From NCBI RefSeq assembly GCF_006345805.1, contig NC_043011.1:47008464-47072463 (forward strand): DNA of 64,000 nucleotides. Reading direction: 5' to 3'. The stretch comes from Octopus sinensis (lineage: Eukaryota). Every line of letters starts with the position of its first letter. The stretch's first letter is position 1. Shown here in pieces: positions 22,420-36,627 of the stretch. The notes beneath the pieces are model-generated. The model was not told the origin of the DNA. It saw only the letters and a program-made list of their open reading frames with translations, and did not search any database. The position numbers and the translations under genes were made by a program.

Positions 22420-23170
22420 CTCAAGTCTCACGGAGTTCCTTTTGAATGGGCCTCACGGAGAGGCAAAGTGGCTGAGCTCCTTTCAAGTGTGGGGCCTTAC
22501 GGAGGCAATGACCAAAACCTTTGGCATTATGTCGTGCTTGAGAAATTGCAAAATTGCAGTCATGCAAAATTGAAAAATTGCAGTCATGGCAGATACCGGT
22601 GCCATGCAAATGGTATCCATGCCGGTGGTATGTAAAAGCACCCATTACACTCTTGGAGTGGTTGGGTTGGCATTAGAAAGGGCATCCAGTCATAGAAAAC
22701 CATGCCAAATCAGACTGGATCTTGGTGCTGCCTTCCAGCGTGCCAGCCCAGTCAAACTATCCAATCCATGCCGGCATGGACAATAGACGTAGGATGATGA
22801 TGATGATGATGATGATTAGTATATTGACTTCTTATGACTGGTTATTGGTATTACTATGCTTAACTGAAATCATACTATATATGCACACATCATAATATAT
22901 ATGCACACACTGTGCAGGTGGCACGTAAAAAACAACACTTGAGCATGGCCGTTGCCAGTAGCACCTGACTGGCCCTCATGCCAGTGGCACGTAAAAGCAC
23001 CCGCTACACTCTTGGATTGGTTGGCGTTAGGAAGGGCATCCAGCTGTAGAAACACTGCCAGATCAGATTGGAGCCTGGTGCAGCCACCTGGTTTGCCAGT
23101 CCTCAGTCAAATCTTCCAACCCATGCTAGCATGGGAAGTGGACGTTAAACTATGATGATGATGATGATGA
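22420..23170 (+). mobile_element. Two family F elements (22420-22815, long-5' form; 22905-23170)
   Basis: Both end in (TGA)n; 5' part of the first matches the reverse complement of 53330-53520. Confidence 0.8.
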
Positions 23171-23463
23171 CACATACACATACACACATACACATTTACA
23201 ATCACACATGCACACATATACATAATAATTTCAGCAAAAATTCTTTGAACAGATAAAAATAAAAAAAAAACAATCATATAATGTCTCAAATTTTATATTT
23301 TTCAAAATCAAAATTACAAGCAGGAATTGGTCGAATTCCAAATGCTAAAAAAGTACAATTCTTCTACGTAATCATGTCACGGAAATTATTTAAACCAACA
23401 TTAAAATATTTTATTTTAATTATTCATCTGGAAACAAAATTATTATTTCTAACTATCCTCTAG

Positions 23464-23478
23464 ACATGTTGTGAAAAG
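23464..23478 (+). CDS. Candidate 15-nt microexon
   Basis: TTCTAAC branch-like motif, TATCCTCTAG acceptor, ACATGTTGTGAAAAG, GTAAAA donor. Confidence 0.2.
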
Positions 23479-24247
23479 GTAAAAGTGTGAAAGTGTGTGT
23501 GTATATTGGTGTGTGTGAGTCTGTTCTTTCAACAAAAAACAATAGCTGGTGACAGTCATGGTAGGGTTGGGATGGAGTAGGAAGGTTTATACAATTGTTT
23601 TTCTTTGATTTTCTTTTATTTAAACTACTTACGTATTCTTTGTTTTATGGATTTGTTTATTTTTAATTTATTTCAAATATTTTCTTTTATTATAAAAAAA
23701 ACAAAAAACGTGGTTTTAATTAGTTTTGTTCCATTTTTTAAAAAATTTCTTTATTCAGAAATCAACTTTAATGGATTAACCCAATTGTTAAAACACACAC
23801 AAAACATACAACACAAAACCTACCCTCAAAACACAAGCCAAATAAAGAAACAAATTACATTATTTATAATCGGATAGCAATTTAAAAAAATAGCAAAATA
23901 TTGCCCCCAAAACTCCCCTCTACGAAATCACAAAAATAATTAAAAATTCTATCATATGATGAGATATAATAAAATTCATTTGAGATTAATTGCTTTCATT
24001 ATACAACCCACTGCAGACAAGTTCGAACAAAATTAGACATTTTAATAACAATTTCCCAGGCAAGTGAACGATAAAGTTTTATTTTAGCTAATTAGAAAGA
24101 ACTTCATTTGACAGTATCGCTTACTGGTGTGCACATGTGTGTGTGCATGAGAGAGAGAGAAAGTGAAAGTGAAACTAGAAACATTCTTCTGTTATGGCAT
24201 GATGATAAATGGTTCAATCATCAGGAATCAACGGTTTTACAACTTAC

Positions 24248-24293
24248 AGTTGGCATTTGGCAATAAAACAGAAATACAGTGAACCAAATAGTT
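24248..24293 (-). other. Candidate 46-nt exon
   Basis: Minus strand TGTATTGTTTTTTAG acceptor and ACT|GTAAGT donor; all three frames open; coding status unknown. Confidence 0.3.
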
Positions 24294-24430
24294 CTAAAAA
24301 AACAATACAGTGAATACTTTTGCGTGCTTAAAATCTATGGTTGTGTGGCTTTGTATGTGTAAGTATGTGCATGTGTGTGATTGGATGTTTGAATGCATGT
24401 GTGTGTGTGAAGGTTTTATTTTGTTATATA

Positions 24431-24668
24431 TTGGGTCGGTGCATAATTATTGCAGCTTGTTTTCAACAAATTTTATTCAACAAAAAACAATCACAACATG
24501 TAACAAAAACATCTTCAAATGATTATTCCGGAGCATATTCACCATCTACTTCAATTACTGCTTCCCATTTGCTTGGCAGACGATCAGACCATCATTTAGA
24601 GATGCTTTTGTTAAATGCTGTTATTGTTTTTGTTGAAAAAAAGCTGCAATAATTATGCACCAACCCAA
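24431..24668. mobile_element. mariner-type MITE, TA TSD
   Basis: TA|TTGGGTCGGTGCATAATTATTGCAGC ... GCTGCAATAATTATGCACCAACCCAA|TA; inverted arms extend about 80-90 bp. Confidence 0.85.
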
Positions 24669-24695
24669 TATATATATCCATAAATACATATATAC

Positions 24696-24738
<43 letters not shown>

Positions 24739-25099
24739 ATTTGGGATAGTCATTTTTTTTTTGCCAAACAAACACACACACTATATATTTTTTTCTTCAT
24801 TTGCTTATTACTGTTTTTATCTTTATTATTTTAACTCATGTTCACTGTCTGGAAAATTTTCTTCACACATCTGTGACTTCTTCAGTGACACTTTTCCTTT
24901 TTGTGTGTGTTCTTGCTCCACTTTATTCTGTCCTTCTAAGATGTGTATCCTTATGTGCACATGCATTTGTGTCCTTGTTTGTGTGTGTCTATGTGTGTGT
25001 GTATGCTTGTGTGTGTGTCATAGTTTTTAGCAGCAGTGTGGCCTTCCCCTCAGCCTCATCTGCTCACACCATATATGTATATTCATACGCATTTGAACA

Positions 25100-25325
25100 G
25101 TAACATTTAATGGAGTCAAGGCAGTTAGATGGCAGAATCGTTAGCAACCTGGACAAAATGCTTAGTGGCATTCCATCCATCCTTAGGTTCTGAGTTCAAA
25201 TTCTGCCAAGGTTGATTCTGTCTTTCATCCTTTCAGGGCTGATAAAATAAGTGCTAGTTGAACACTGGGATTGATGTAATTGACTTATCCCTTCCTTGAC
25301 CTTGAGCCAAAATTTGAAATCAATA
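25100..25325 (+). mobile_element. SINE family G
   Basis: GGCAGAATCGTTAGC...GAGTTCAAATTC...AAAATTTGAAATC. Confidence 0.8.
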
Positions 25326-26093
25326 TTTAATGTGATTGTTGGTTATGGCTGGTCAAAGAGTTATCATTGGTTTCACACCTATATAATACTCTTAATTATT
25401 ATAGGTGACTCACCAAACCTGCTAACTGACGGCATGTAACTTTACTATTAATGGAGACAGGAATGCAATCTTGGTCAGGCAGGGTTGTGAATAAAAAAAC
25501 AAAGAAAAACCCTGATACAAAGTTTTACTAAGCAATGTCCTTTCTGAGCAAGAAATCTAAGTTCGTTGGTTTGAAGAATTCATGGTTTGAAATATGAAGT
25601 TAACAATTTTGCAGAGCTAAGGCAGATTTATTGAGAGAAGCTTCACTACTGTATTGAAGTTTAAGTAGCTTGTAGCTCTTACACTATGTCAGGTGCTGGC
25701 ACTTAAGTAGTAAGTGATATCTCACTGTGTGTATCTATAGCTCAGAGAATAGAGTGAATAAGGGTTAAATATCTTATCCATTGATTCGACAAGCTATACA
25801 AAGATAATGAACTCTGAATTTGTCTACTTGTTTTCTGGTTCTCTGTCTCTAATAGCTACTGAGTGAGCTTCGAGGTGGTTACTTTACCGGGTAGAAATAG
25901 CAGTCAAATCTCTCTTTGACTGGATCCTACTGTCCAAAAATGTGGAAGGACAAATTTGGAAATTCATTCATAGATACATTATTTTGAAAAAACATCTGGT
26001 TAGTCATGGCTGGAAGACAACAGATCAAAGGTCTGTTGTATTGTGACTGTTGTTTGACTGAAGAATAACAACTACAAACATAGATCATTAATA

Positions 26094-26328
26094 CCTATTC
26101 CTTTACTACCCACAAGGGGCTAAACACAGAGGGGACAAACAAGGACAGACACACAGATTAAGTCGATTACATCGACCCCAGTGTGTAACTGGTACTTATT
26201 TAATCGACCCCGAAAGGATGAAGGCAAAGTCAACCTCGGAGGAATTTGAACTCAGAACATAGTGGCAAGATGAAATACCACTAAGCATTTCGCCTGGTGG
26301 GCTAACGTTTCTGCCAGCTTGCCACCTT
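26094..26328 (-). mobile_element. SINE family B with 14-bp TSD
   Basis: TSD ATAGATCATTAATA at 26080-26093 and 26329-26342; 3' end runs into GGTAT of the multimer junction. Confidence 0.9.
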
Positions 26329-26504
26329 ATAGATCATTAATATCAACACAAGCTTAGTCCGTTGGAGGCAGCAGCCAAATCTCTCTCAAATTGAATTCTA
26401 CCATCTTATAAATACGTTGAAAAGTATTGTCTTAAGATATACTATGCTGACATAGAGTTTAGTAAAGACCGAAAAACCATCCCACAAACTTCAACAAGAT
26501 AGGC

Positions 26505-27005
26505 ATAGGCTTAGCGGTAAGAAGTTTGCTTCCCAACCACATGGTTCTGTGTTCAATCTTACTGCATGGCACCTCGGGCAAGTGTCTTCTACTATAACCT
26601 CACGCTGACCAAAGCCTTGTGGGTGGATTTGGTAAACAGAAAATGAAAGTAGCCTATTGCAAAAAAAAAAATATATATATATATATATACGGAGATGTAT
26701 TTGCATAGCAAGTAATTTGATCTGAGATATATATATATATCATCATCATCATTGTCATCGTTTAATGTCCTGCTTCCATGCTGCCATGGGTATATACATA
26801 TTTATGTGTGTGTGTGTGTGTGTTTGTCTCTCACCTCTGTTTAAAAACTGGTGTTGGTTTGTTTATGTCCCTATAACTTAGTGGTTCAGGAAAAGTATCA
26901 GGTTTAAAAATAAAACGAAGTACTGGCGTTGATTTATTCAACTAAAAATTCTTCAAGGTGGTGCCCCAGCATGGCCACAGTCTAATGAGACTGAAACAAG
27001 TCAAA
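26505..27005 (+). mobile_element. Diverged SINE family A with a short family F fragment inside
   Basis: Head GGTTCTGTGTTCAATC; tail GGTGCCCCAGCATGGCC...GAAACAAG. Confidence 0.7.
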
Positions 27006-27866
27006 GAAGACCTACCAGAAAAGCAGCAACCAAATCTCTCTGGAATCATGTCTTAAAAACAGGAAGGACTCTTTAAACAATAGAATCCTAGAATCACTGT
27101 GTGGGGATAAAACAGTGGATAGTCATGGCTAGTTCAGCCACAGATTTTTTTTTATGATAAGGAGAGAAGGATGGATAGATATCCATGCAAGTAAAAAAAG
27201 CTGCATAGATACCCACCTATTATAACTTGTAGATAAAACGGGTAGATAACTTTCAAACTAACAGTATATTATCAATAAGATAAAGATATTGTCAGAAGTT
27301 TCATACTGAGAGATAATAATATATAGGGAAGGTGGGGGACTTTAAAAAAATTGATAAAAGATCAAAGGAGCTAATTGAGAAAAAAAAAAATGGATGAAAA
27401 GTCAAGGTAAGAAAAGAATAAGAAAGATTTAAACAAAATGTAAAAATAAAAACATGAAAAACAGTAAGAAAAGCTATAGCAACAGTTATCCTATTAGAGT
27501 ATGATAAAGTTGGAAATTTAGAACGTAAGGATTTCATAGTTGGCACATGTATATGTATGGGATATTTCACTATCTTTAGTGCCTTCATCTTCAATAGCAG
27601 CTCACTTAGAATGTAACATTGTTATCTCCAAGAACTATTCTTTAAAAGGTCACATTGATTCCAGTGAAGAAATTTTTGTACTTGTTCTATTTGATTTTGT
27701 CATCTTGTTTTCTTCTAGAAAATCTGTACATGAGGTCACCGTATCCCATCGATTGACGTGAAACTATGTTTAGCTTTAAAAGCCATTTGCAATTAACGCA
27801 ATTGTGTTTACTGGAGATATATTTCTCTATGTTAGCAAACAAGTGCATAACTACCTAGCCCAATCT

Positions 27867-27911
<45 letters not shown>

Positions 27912-28042
27912 GTTATATGCTAGACTGGCTATAGCGACTTAATCCAAAGAAAGAAACACATTTGTAAGAAGATCAGTTAGGGGGGCTTCTAGGCTTTACT
28001 AACTAATCACTCTTGATTGGGTGTTCCTTTTGGTACTTGGAT

Positions 28043-28053
28043 CTATCTATCTA

Positions 28054-28098
<45 letters not shown>

Positions 28099-28124
28099 AT
28101 CTATCTATCTATCTATCTATCTAC

Positions 28125-28173
<49 letters not shown>

Positions 28174-28455
28174 AATACACCCTTCTACCTGTGTATGTAT
28201 CCATCCATCTACCTATCAATCAATCCATCCATCCACTCACCTACCTACCCACTACCTACCTACCTACCTACATACATACATACATGCCCACCTACCTACC
28301 TACTGAACCACCCACCCACCTAACTACCTACCTACTCACCCACCCACCTACCTACCTACCTACCTACCCACCCATCTACACATCCACCTACCTACCCACC
28401 CAAGCTCCTACCTACCTACCCACTCACCCACCTGCCCACTATTTATCTATCTAGG
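28043..28455. repeat. (ATCT)n grading into (ACCT/ACCC)n
   Basis: Direct inspection. Confidence 0.95.
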
Positions 28456-28642
28456 TTGTGTTGGATTATCCTGTATTAACACTCAATCATGTTTATTTAT
28501 TATAAGTATACCAACTTCATTGAAATTAGTTAGCTAGAATCAGTTTAACCAAAATTTAATCAAAACACGAAGACTCTCTTAATCAACAGAAATTTCACTC
28601 TTAGTTTGAGAGTAACAAAAATATATTCTTCATAATTGTTAG

Positions 28643-28951
28643 TGAATCTCAAAGAAAAGTCGAAGATCATTTCAAGAAATTAAAATATATTTCAGAAACT
28701 AATTTACAAGGTTAAAAATGTGATCTTTTCAACTATGTACTTGTTTAATTAATATGACCTCATTAGCATAGAATAGTCCAAACAAGACCGAAATATATAT
28801 TGTTGACACATTTAAATATAGAGAAAAAGCATTATGAATATTTATTAGTTCATTTTATTTTAAATTAAGGAACAGAGGTAAGATACTGCTGTCAGTGGTG
28901 GGGGAAAGCCAAAAGGAAATAAAAAAGAAGAAGAAAAAGAAAAAGAGGAAG
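28643..28951 (+). CDS. Weak candidate exon pair (28643-28710 and 28883-28951)
   Basis: Phase-compatible frames ESQRKVEDHFKKLKYISETNLQ + DTAVSGGGKPKGNKKEEEKEKEE; strong donor AG|GTAAGT at 28951/28952, but the donor at 28710 and acceptor at 28882 are weak. Confidence 0.2.
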
Positions 28952-29089
28952 GTAAGTAACACATCTGAAGTCTCACGTTTTTGATTTTTATATAATTCTT
29001 TATCATGATACTAAAGGAATCTTAGGGAACAGATTAAATAAAGATTTGGGAAGAGATTCGCTCCAGCAAAGTGGAGAATGTTAAGAACA

Positions 29090-29475
29090 GGCTGTTGGTG
29101 AGAATTACTTTCAATGAATGCACACTTTTTCTTTAGGGGTTGATGAAATAAGTACCAGTTAAGTACTGGGGTTGATGTAATTGACTTACCCTGTCCCCAC
29201 CCCACGAAAAATTTCAGGCCTTGCACTAATGGTAGAAAGGATTATCATCATTACTATTGAGGCAGCGAGCTGGCAGAGTCATTAGCACACTGGACAAATG
29301 CATAACGACAATTTTTTCCACCTTTATGTTCTGAGTTCAAATTCTGCCAAGGTTGAGTTTGCCTTTCATCTTTTTAGGGCCGATAAAGTACCAGTTGAAT
29401 ATTGGGGATTGATGTTATCGACTAGCCCCACCCCACCTCCAAAATTGCTGGCCCTGTGCCAAAATTTGAAACTAA
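29090..29475 (+). mobile_element. Two family G SINEs (first is 5'-truncated)
   Basis: AATAAGTACCAG core twice; tails GGCCTTGCACTAATGGTAGAAAGG and CCAAAATTTGAAAC. Confidence 0.75.
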
Positions 29476-29637
29476 TATATCAGATAATGTTTTCACCCTT
29501 CCGTTATGTTTTATATAATTCCATCTTGTTTATCCCACAGAGTTTGTAACAACTTTGTATGTTTCCTTATTTTATGAAGGAACAGACCAAGGTGGCAATA
29601 AAAATACAATGATTATTAATATTATTATTATTATTAT

Positions 29638-30595
<958 letters not shown>

Positions 30596-30781
30596 GTTAA
30601 GGCATTGGATTGCTAGAAGCAGTTGAATGCTGGACTAAACATCTGTAAATACTTATTACATACTACAGTGTTCTGAGTTTCATATATTACATATGTCAAC
30701 ATTACATTTCATCCCTCCAAGAGATGGCGGCGTTCGTGGTGGTGTTGGTGGTGGCAATGGCTGTTGAGTTGTTGTTGTTGA

Positions 30782-30812
<31 letters not shown>

Positions 30813-30935
30813 AGTGGTGTTGGTGGGAATCGATAAAACAACTCATTTGTTCTGTAATTGATTCAATAGACTTCTCTCACTCATTCAATACATTTATGGC
30901 TCTTTGCCAATGCAAGAAATCATTGCTACTGCTGT

Positions 30936-30968
<33 letters not shown>

Positions 30969-31715
30969 GAGTAGTAGTAGTAGCCAATGAAGGAGCTTCT
31001 ACATGGTAACTCAACCTGCTAGAAATAGCACAGAAATTGCTTTCAAATCACACATCGATGTTTTAAACTGTGAAGGACACATGAAATAAAGCAGTCCCAT
31101 TAGATAGATAGCCCGTTAAAAGACAGGTTGACAAGAAAAGGAGTCCTGTGTATTTGAGTCTGCCATGCTAGTAATAGCAGCCAAATCTCCCTCATATTAC
31201 TTTCAATTTTCTTAATGATATGAAGGCCAAATTGGATAATACAATTCAATGTATCTCTGGAACAGCAGAATGGCTGCTCACAGCTGGAATGCTTTTGATC
31301 ATAGCACTGACCTGATGCTAAACGACAACAACAATAGACTTTAACAATTATTACTACAACCATTTCAAATATTGTATTGTTCTTAAAGCTTTGTGTCAGA
31401 AACATTGTGATATATTTCATGGAGAGTCAATAACTGTATTTACATACTTTACATTGCCAATCTACACCAGATGGACAAGCTGTTGATTGAATATTTGAAA
31501 GTAATAAGAATAGCTGACATATTCATACATCTTGTAAACAAATTATCAATTATATCTTTCCAAGTCATAAATTTTGTTTGAAAAACTTCATACACAGGAT
31601 ATCTAATTTCTCTCTTGAAAATAATACATAGTATATTTAAAAAGTAATTTGTCAGCTTATCTCTAAGCTACAATTAACACTGAAAAAATGATAAAATATT
31701 GATATATATACATAT

Positions 31716-31808
<93 letters not shown>

Positions 31809-32193
31809 CAGTAAAGATACTGGCAGGGAAAATCCTAATGGCTTCTAAATATATTCATAGAAAAATCACCAGGTCATTTTGTCAGACCCCATATAAAGCA
31901 AAGTCAAAACGAATCAGAGGAAAAAAAAAAAAAAAAGAAAAGGAAATGGCCAAAATAGTGAGTAAAAACACTGATAGGTGCAAGTTGATTGTATGATTGT
32001 GTGGCTAAGAAATTTGTTTTGCATTTAGGCTGTTCTGAGTTCAATTCCTGTTTATGCTACTCAGAAAAAAGAAAGTCGTTTTCTACTATGAGCTCAGGCT
32101 GATCAACAGCTTGTAAGTGGAGCTTTGTTGATAGAAAACTACATGGAAAGCCCAAAACATGTCTATGTACATGCATGTGTTAATTTATCATGT

Positions 32194-32225
<32 letters not shown>

Positions 32226-33368
32226 TTATTTTCAATTGATATACATTAATGAATTGTAAAACCTCAATGAGAAACACATAAAAAAACGAAGCCTTTCAAA
32301 CAAAGTCCTTTGAGATATTTGTTCAACACTGACTTACACACATTCTTTGTCAGTCTCACTGTTAGAAATGAAGGAGAAGATATTACTGACTGATTTGTTA
32401 AAGCGTTGATGGAAAAAAATAAGGATTAAAATAAAAAGGAAAACAAAAACAATAAAAAAGAACCAAACAATCAAATTTATCTGATACCCAACATGGATAG
32501 TCTGTAATCTATACAAGTATCATTGATGGGACCCCATCCTTAATCACTTGGAACTCACAATCACTAACTCTGTCTCTGCAAGAGACAATACATATGTCAA
32601 CAACTCTAGTGTCCCTTAGCAGGAACTATCTTATTGTTGCCAACAGAGGTACACCCTGTTAATGAATGAACTTCAAATCAATAGCAGCTAACAACTCATA
32701 TAACTCCACTAGGCCTAGCTGCCCTCCAGATGAGGACAGGGTATTTAATCCTTGCTGTCCATATAGAGTAAAGCCTACCTATGTTATTCATGCAACATAA
32801 AGCATAACTTGACACCATCAAATTTGGTTACCCCTACAAAATAACTGCTACTGTTAAGGTGTTGTTAACACTCTACTGGACAATGGCTGAGCAACAGACA
32901 CATGCCAACATCCCACCCTACCATGTGTGTTACCCAATATGTTTCAAGCAAGCATGCATGCAAAGACATGAAGGTTCTCTCACTGATTTGTAGCAATGAT
33001 ATTTTATTTATTGAAGGTGATGTATTTGTATAAAAATGATAAAATTATGGATCTGAAAGAAAATAATGTTCCTTAGTGTTCTGGTACTTTTGGTGATAAA
33101 GATACTGTGTTAAGAATAACGTGTACAACAACTTTGAAACACATGCCTATTGTCAGTATAGCTATGAGTTTAAATATTAAAATGTTAAATGCAATAGAAA
33201 AAAGCGTATGAAAAAACAAGGAAATGACAAAAATTTTCAGAGACTGAAAAAGAAATTATCTTTGTGTATAAATGTTTTACTTGTCTGCCTTCTGCTCTTT
33301 GAATTTTAAAAATGTTGAAATGACAACACCATATGTTTCAGAGGAGATTTCACCAATCAAAATTGTTT

Positions 33369-33398
33369 ATCTTACCTGCAAAGAATAGAAAGAAAAAC
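33369..33398 (-). other. Candidate recursive splice site (AG|GTAAG)
   Basis: Minus strand TTTTTCTTTCTATTCTTTGCAG|GTAAGAT, junction at 33376/33375; all frames downstream stop quickly. Confidence 0.3.
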
Positions 33399-34284
33399 AT
33401 AGATGAAGTAAAAACAAATAATAAAAAAAAAAACATGAGTTAGAAACATAGACAAATAGATGGATAAGCAGATGCACATGCACACAGACATTTATGCAGG
33501 TTTGAATGTATGCGTATGAGTATATATTCATATAAAGATAAACAAATATGGATAAATAAATACATTATATATTAATTTGAAATAACTGATAGCTGTTTTA
33601 TACAAATATGATATAGATAGCAAGTGTGTGTGTGTGTATGTGTATATATATATATATATGTATTATGATGTGTCCGTAAGTAGATTGTATATGATTTATA
33701 TAGTGTTGATTAATTAATATGCTATATAAATTGATTGCTAATGGACGAAATAAATAATAAGTTAGAAGATTCTTAACTTAAAATACTTGTCTGTAATAGT
33801 TTCCAATGCATTCATTACATCAATTAATATGTTTATTTCTTGTCATTTATTTCTTGTTATCTCAGCAGAAAATAATGTCAAGTTTACAGAGGAAACATGA
33901 TTTGCAGAAAGTACCAATTCTAGTTTTTGGTAGATATGATTTTCAGCATACAATTTGAATTTTCAGATGAAAATTTTTATTAAAAATTACGTAGGTCAAC
34001 TTATACACCAAGACGACTTTGCAAAATCAAAAAGTCTAAATTTCATTGTGAAAGATTTAGAAAGCTAGAGACGATATTTGAACATTTACATATCATGTGT
34101 AGACTGCATTCTATGTTGACCTGAGTGCGGGAAAACACAGTATGTAACATCATTACTAGAACTACCATGAAATTTAATTTCACAAGGAAAAGGTTAAGAT
34201 TATTTTAAAATCTTACGTTTATGAATTCATGTTGCAAGATTCCTGATGAGAAACCGTGTGTTGAAACAAATATTGTTACAAACA

Positions 34285-34424
34285 TCATCATCATCATCAT
34301 CATCGTTTAACGTCTGTTCTCCATGCTAGCATGGGTTGGACGGTTCAACCGGGGATCTGGGAAGCCAGAAGGCTGCACCAGGCCCCAGTCTTATCTGGCA
34401 ATGTTTCTACAGCTGGATGCCCTT

Positions 34425-34430
<6 letters not shown>
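34285..34430 (-). mobile_element. Family F, truncated
   Basis: (CAT)n CGTTTAACGTC...GGATGCCCTTCC. Confidence 0.85.
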
Positions 34431-34473
<43 letters not shown>

Positions 34474-34776
34474 AGATATTTTCAAAATCCAAAATAATTA
34501 GGTAGTTAAATAGTAAAAATACAAAAGTAGAGTCAGGATAAGCATCCCTGTGTACCAACAATGCGTACTAACACTTCCAGCCATAACCAGGGTGGTTGGA
34601 TTGTCTTACACTATGTTCTATTTTCTGAGAAGTTCTAATTGTTAAATTTTCTCTCTATTCACTTAAAGAAAATGGTTTTATCGCATGATGTAACACTTTT
34701 GTTCATCAATAAAAAACACGTCAGAAACAGCTGTAGCAAACTGCTACCCATTTGTATTATTGCTTATTTTACATAC

Positions 34777-34842
<66 letters not shown>

Positions 34843-35598
34843 TTGTGCACGCACAAAAAAATCACATACATACACATACATTATATATGCATATATGTAC
34901 ATACACGCACATACACACACATATACATACACACTGACACAGGCAAACACTTACACACATTATTTATTTATAAACAATTAATAATAATTGGTTTCTCCAA
35001 TATCCCGGAAGATCCGTTTCAAATTATTAGTCAATCAATTCTTTAAATGTATCAATTAATTGGAATCAATTACTGGGAAAAATGAAGAAAAGAAAATTCC
35101 TTATTAAAATCTCTTAAATATCACCAGAATTCACAGAAGAAATAATTTTCTTTCTCTTTCTTCTAACAATGTTGATTTTCAATTTTTATTGTAATAACAA
35201 TTATGTTGGAATTATAAATTATATTATAGGCTGTATTGGGAAATTGCTTATTGATACAAAAAATATGACTAGATTCATGAGTTTATACATACATACATAC
35301 ATACATACATACATAGAGATAGATAGATAGATATATTGTTAGATAGATATATAGAGAGAGGTACTTATAAGTACATATACATATATACATGCATATATAG
35401 ATTTATATTTATACATCACTCTCTCTCTCTATATATATATATGTACAAGAATGTATATGTGTGTGTCTGTGTGTGTGTGTATGTGTATATATAATATATA
35501 TACACACACATCAGTTTAGTGTCTAACCAGTTACCCAAGGGGCTCAGCTCTCTATGGATGCAAAACTATTGGTCACTATGACTGGACATATGTTTAAC

Positions 35599-35632
<34 letters not shown>

Positions 35633-35633
<1 letters not shown>

Positions 35634-36143
35634 TGCTTGTGAAGACCTGTTGGGGCAAGTGAAATCAAAATTGAACCAAATTCGGTGACTGGCACCCGTG
35701 CCAGTGGAGTGCTAACAGCTCCATCTGAGCGGAATCACTGCCAGAGCAGCTGTCTGGCTTCCGTGCTGGTGACACGTAAAAAGCACCATTTGAGTGTGAT
35801 CATTACCAGCGTCGCCCTACTGGTACTTGTGCCGGTGGTACATGAACAAAACATTCGAGCGAGGTCGTTGCCAGTGCCACTGGACTGGCTCCTGTGCAGG
35901 TGGCACATAAAAAGCACAATTTGAGTGTGGCCGTTGCCAGTACCGCCTGACTGGCCCTCATGTTGGTTGCACGTAAAAGCATGGTGGGCATTAGGAAGGG
36001 CATCCATCTGTAGAAACTCTACCAGATCAGATTGGAGTCTTGTGCAGCCATCTGGTTCGCCAGACCTCAGTCAAATCATTCAACCCATACTAGCATGGAA
36101 AGCAGACATTAAATGATGATGATGATGACGATGATGATGATGA
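35633..36143 (+). mobile_element. Family F, long copy
   Basis: Several GCACGTAAAAAGCACC subrepeats; (TGA)n tail. Confidence 0.85.
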
Positions 36144-36324
36144 TATATATATATATATAGACATATCTATGTACATGCATGTATATGTCTGTGTGTGTAT
36201 ATGTTTTATACCTTTAGAAATCTGTATGTATACATATACACATACATCACAAACATAGCCATGCTAGCATGGAAGGCAGACTGATGATGATGAAATATAT
36301 ATATATGTATAAAGAAAGAAAAAG

Positions 36325-36358
<34 letters not shown>

Positions 36359-36359
36359 C

Positions 36360-36442
<83 letters not shown>

Positions 36443-36489
36443 GCAGACAGACCAATAGACATATAGACAGATACACATATATACAATTG

Positions 36490-36627
36490 TGTTGTGTCTG
36501 GGGAGAGTCATTTTCTTTTTGTGCCTTATAATGTAACACACTCACCAGTAAAATTACCATTTATTTTTATTTTCTGAGTGTGTAACATTATAAGACACAA
36601 AAAGAATATGACTCTCTCCAGACACAA
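36490..36627. repeat. Short fold-back element (~55-bp arms, 30-nt loop)
   Basis: TGTTGTGTCTGG...AACACACTCA and TGAGTGTGT...CCAGACACAACA. Confidence 0.8.

Noticed and set aside
31886-31957. Exon candidate TPYKAKSKRIRGKKKKKEKEMAKI
   Set aside because: Depends on a 16-A homopolymer; probably chance.
34243-34275. CTGATGA...GAAAC hammerhead-like spacing
   Set aside because: Helix II is marginal and helices I and III do not form.
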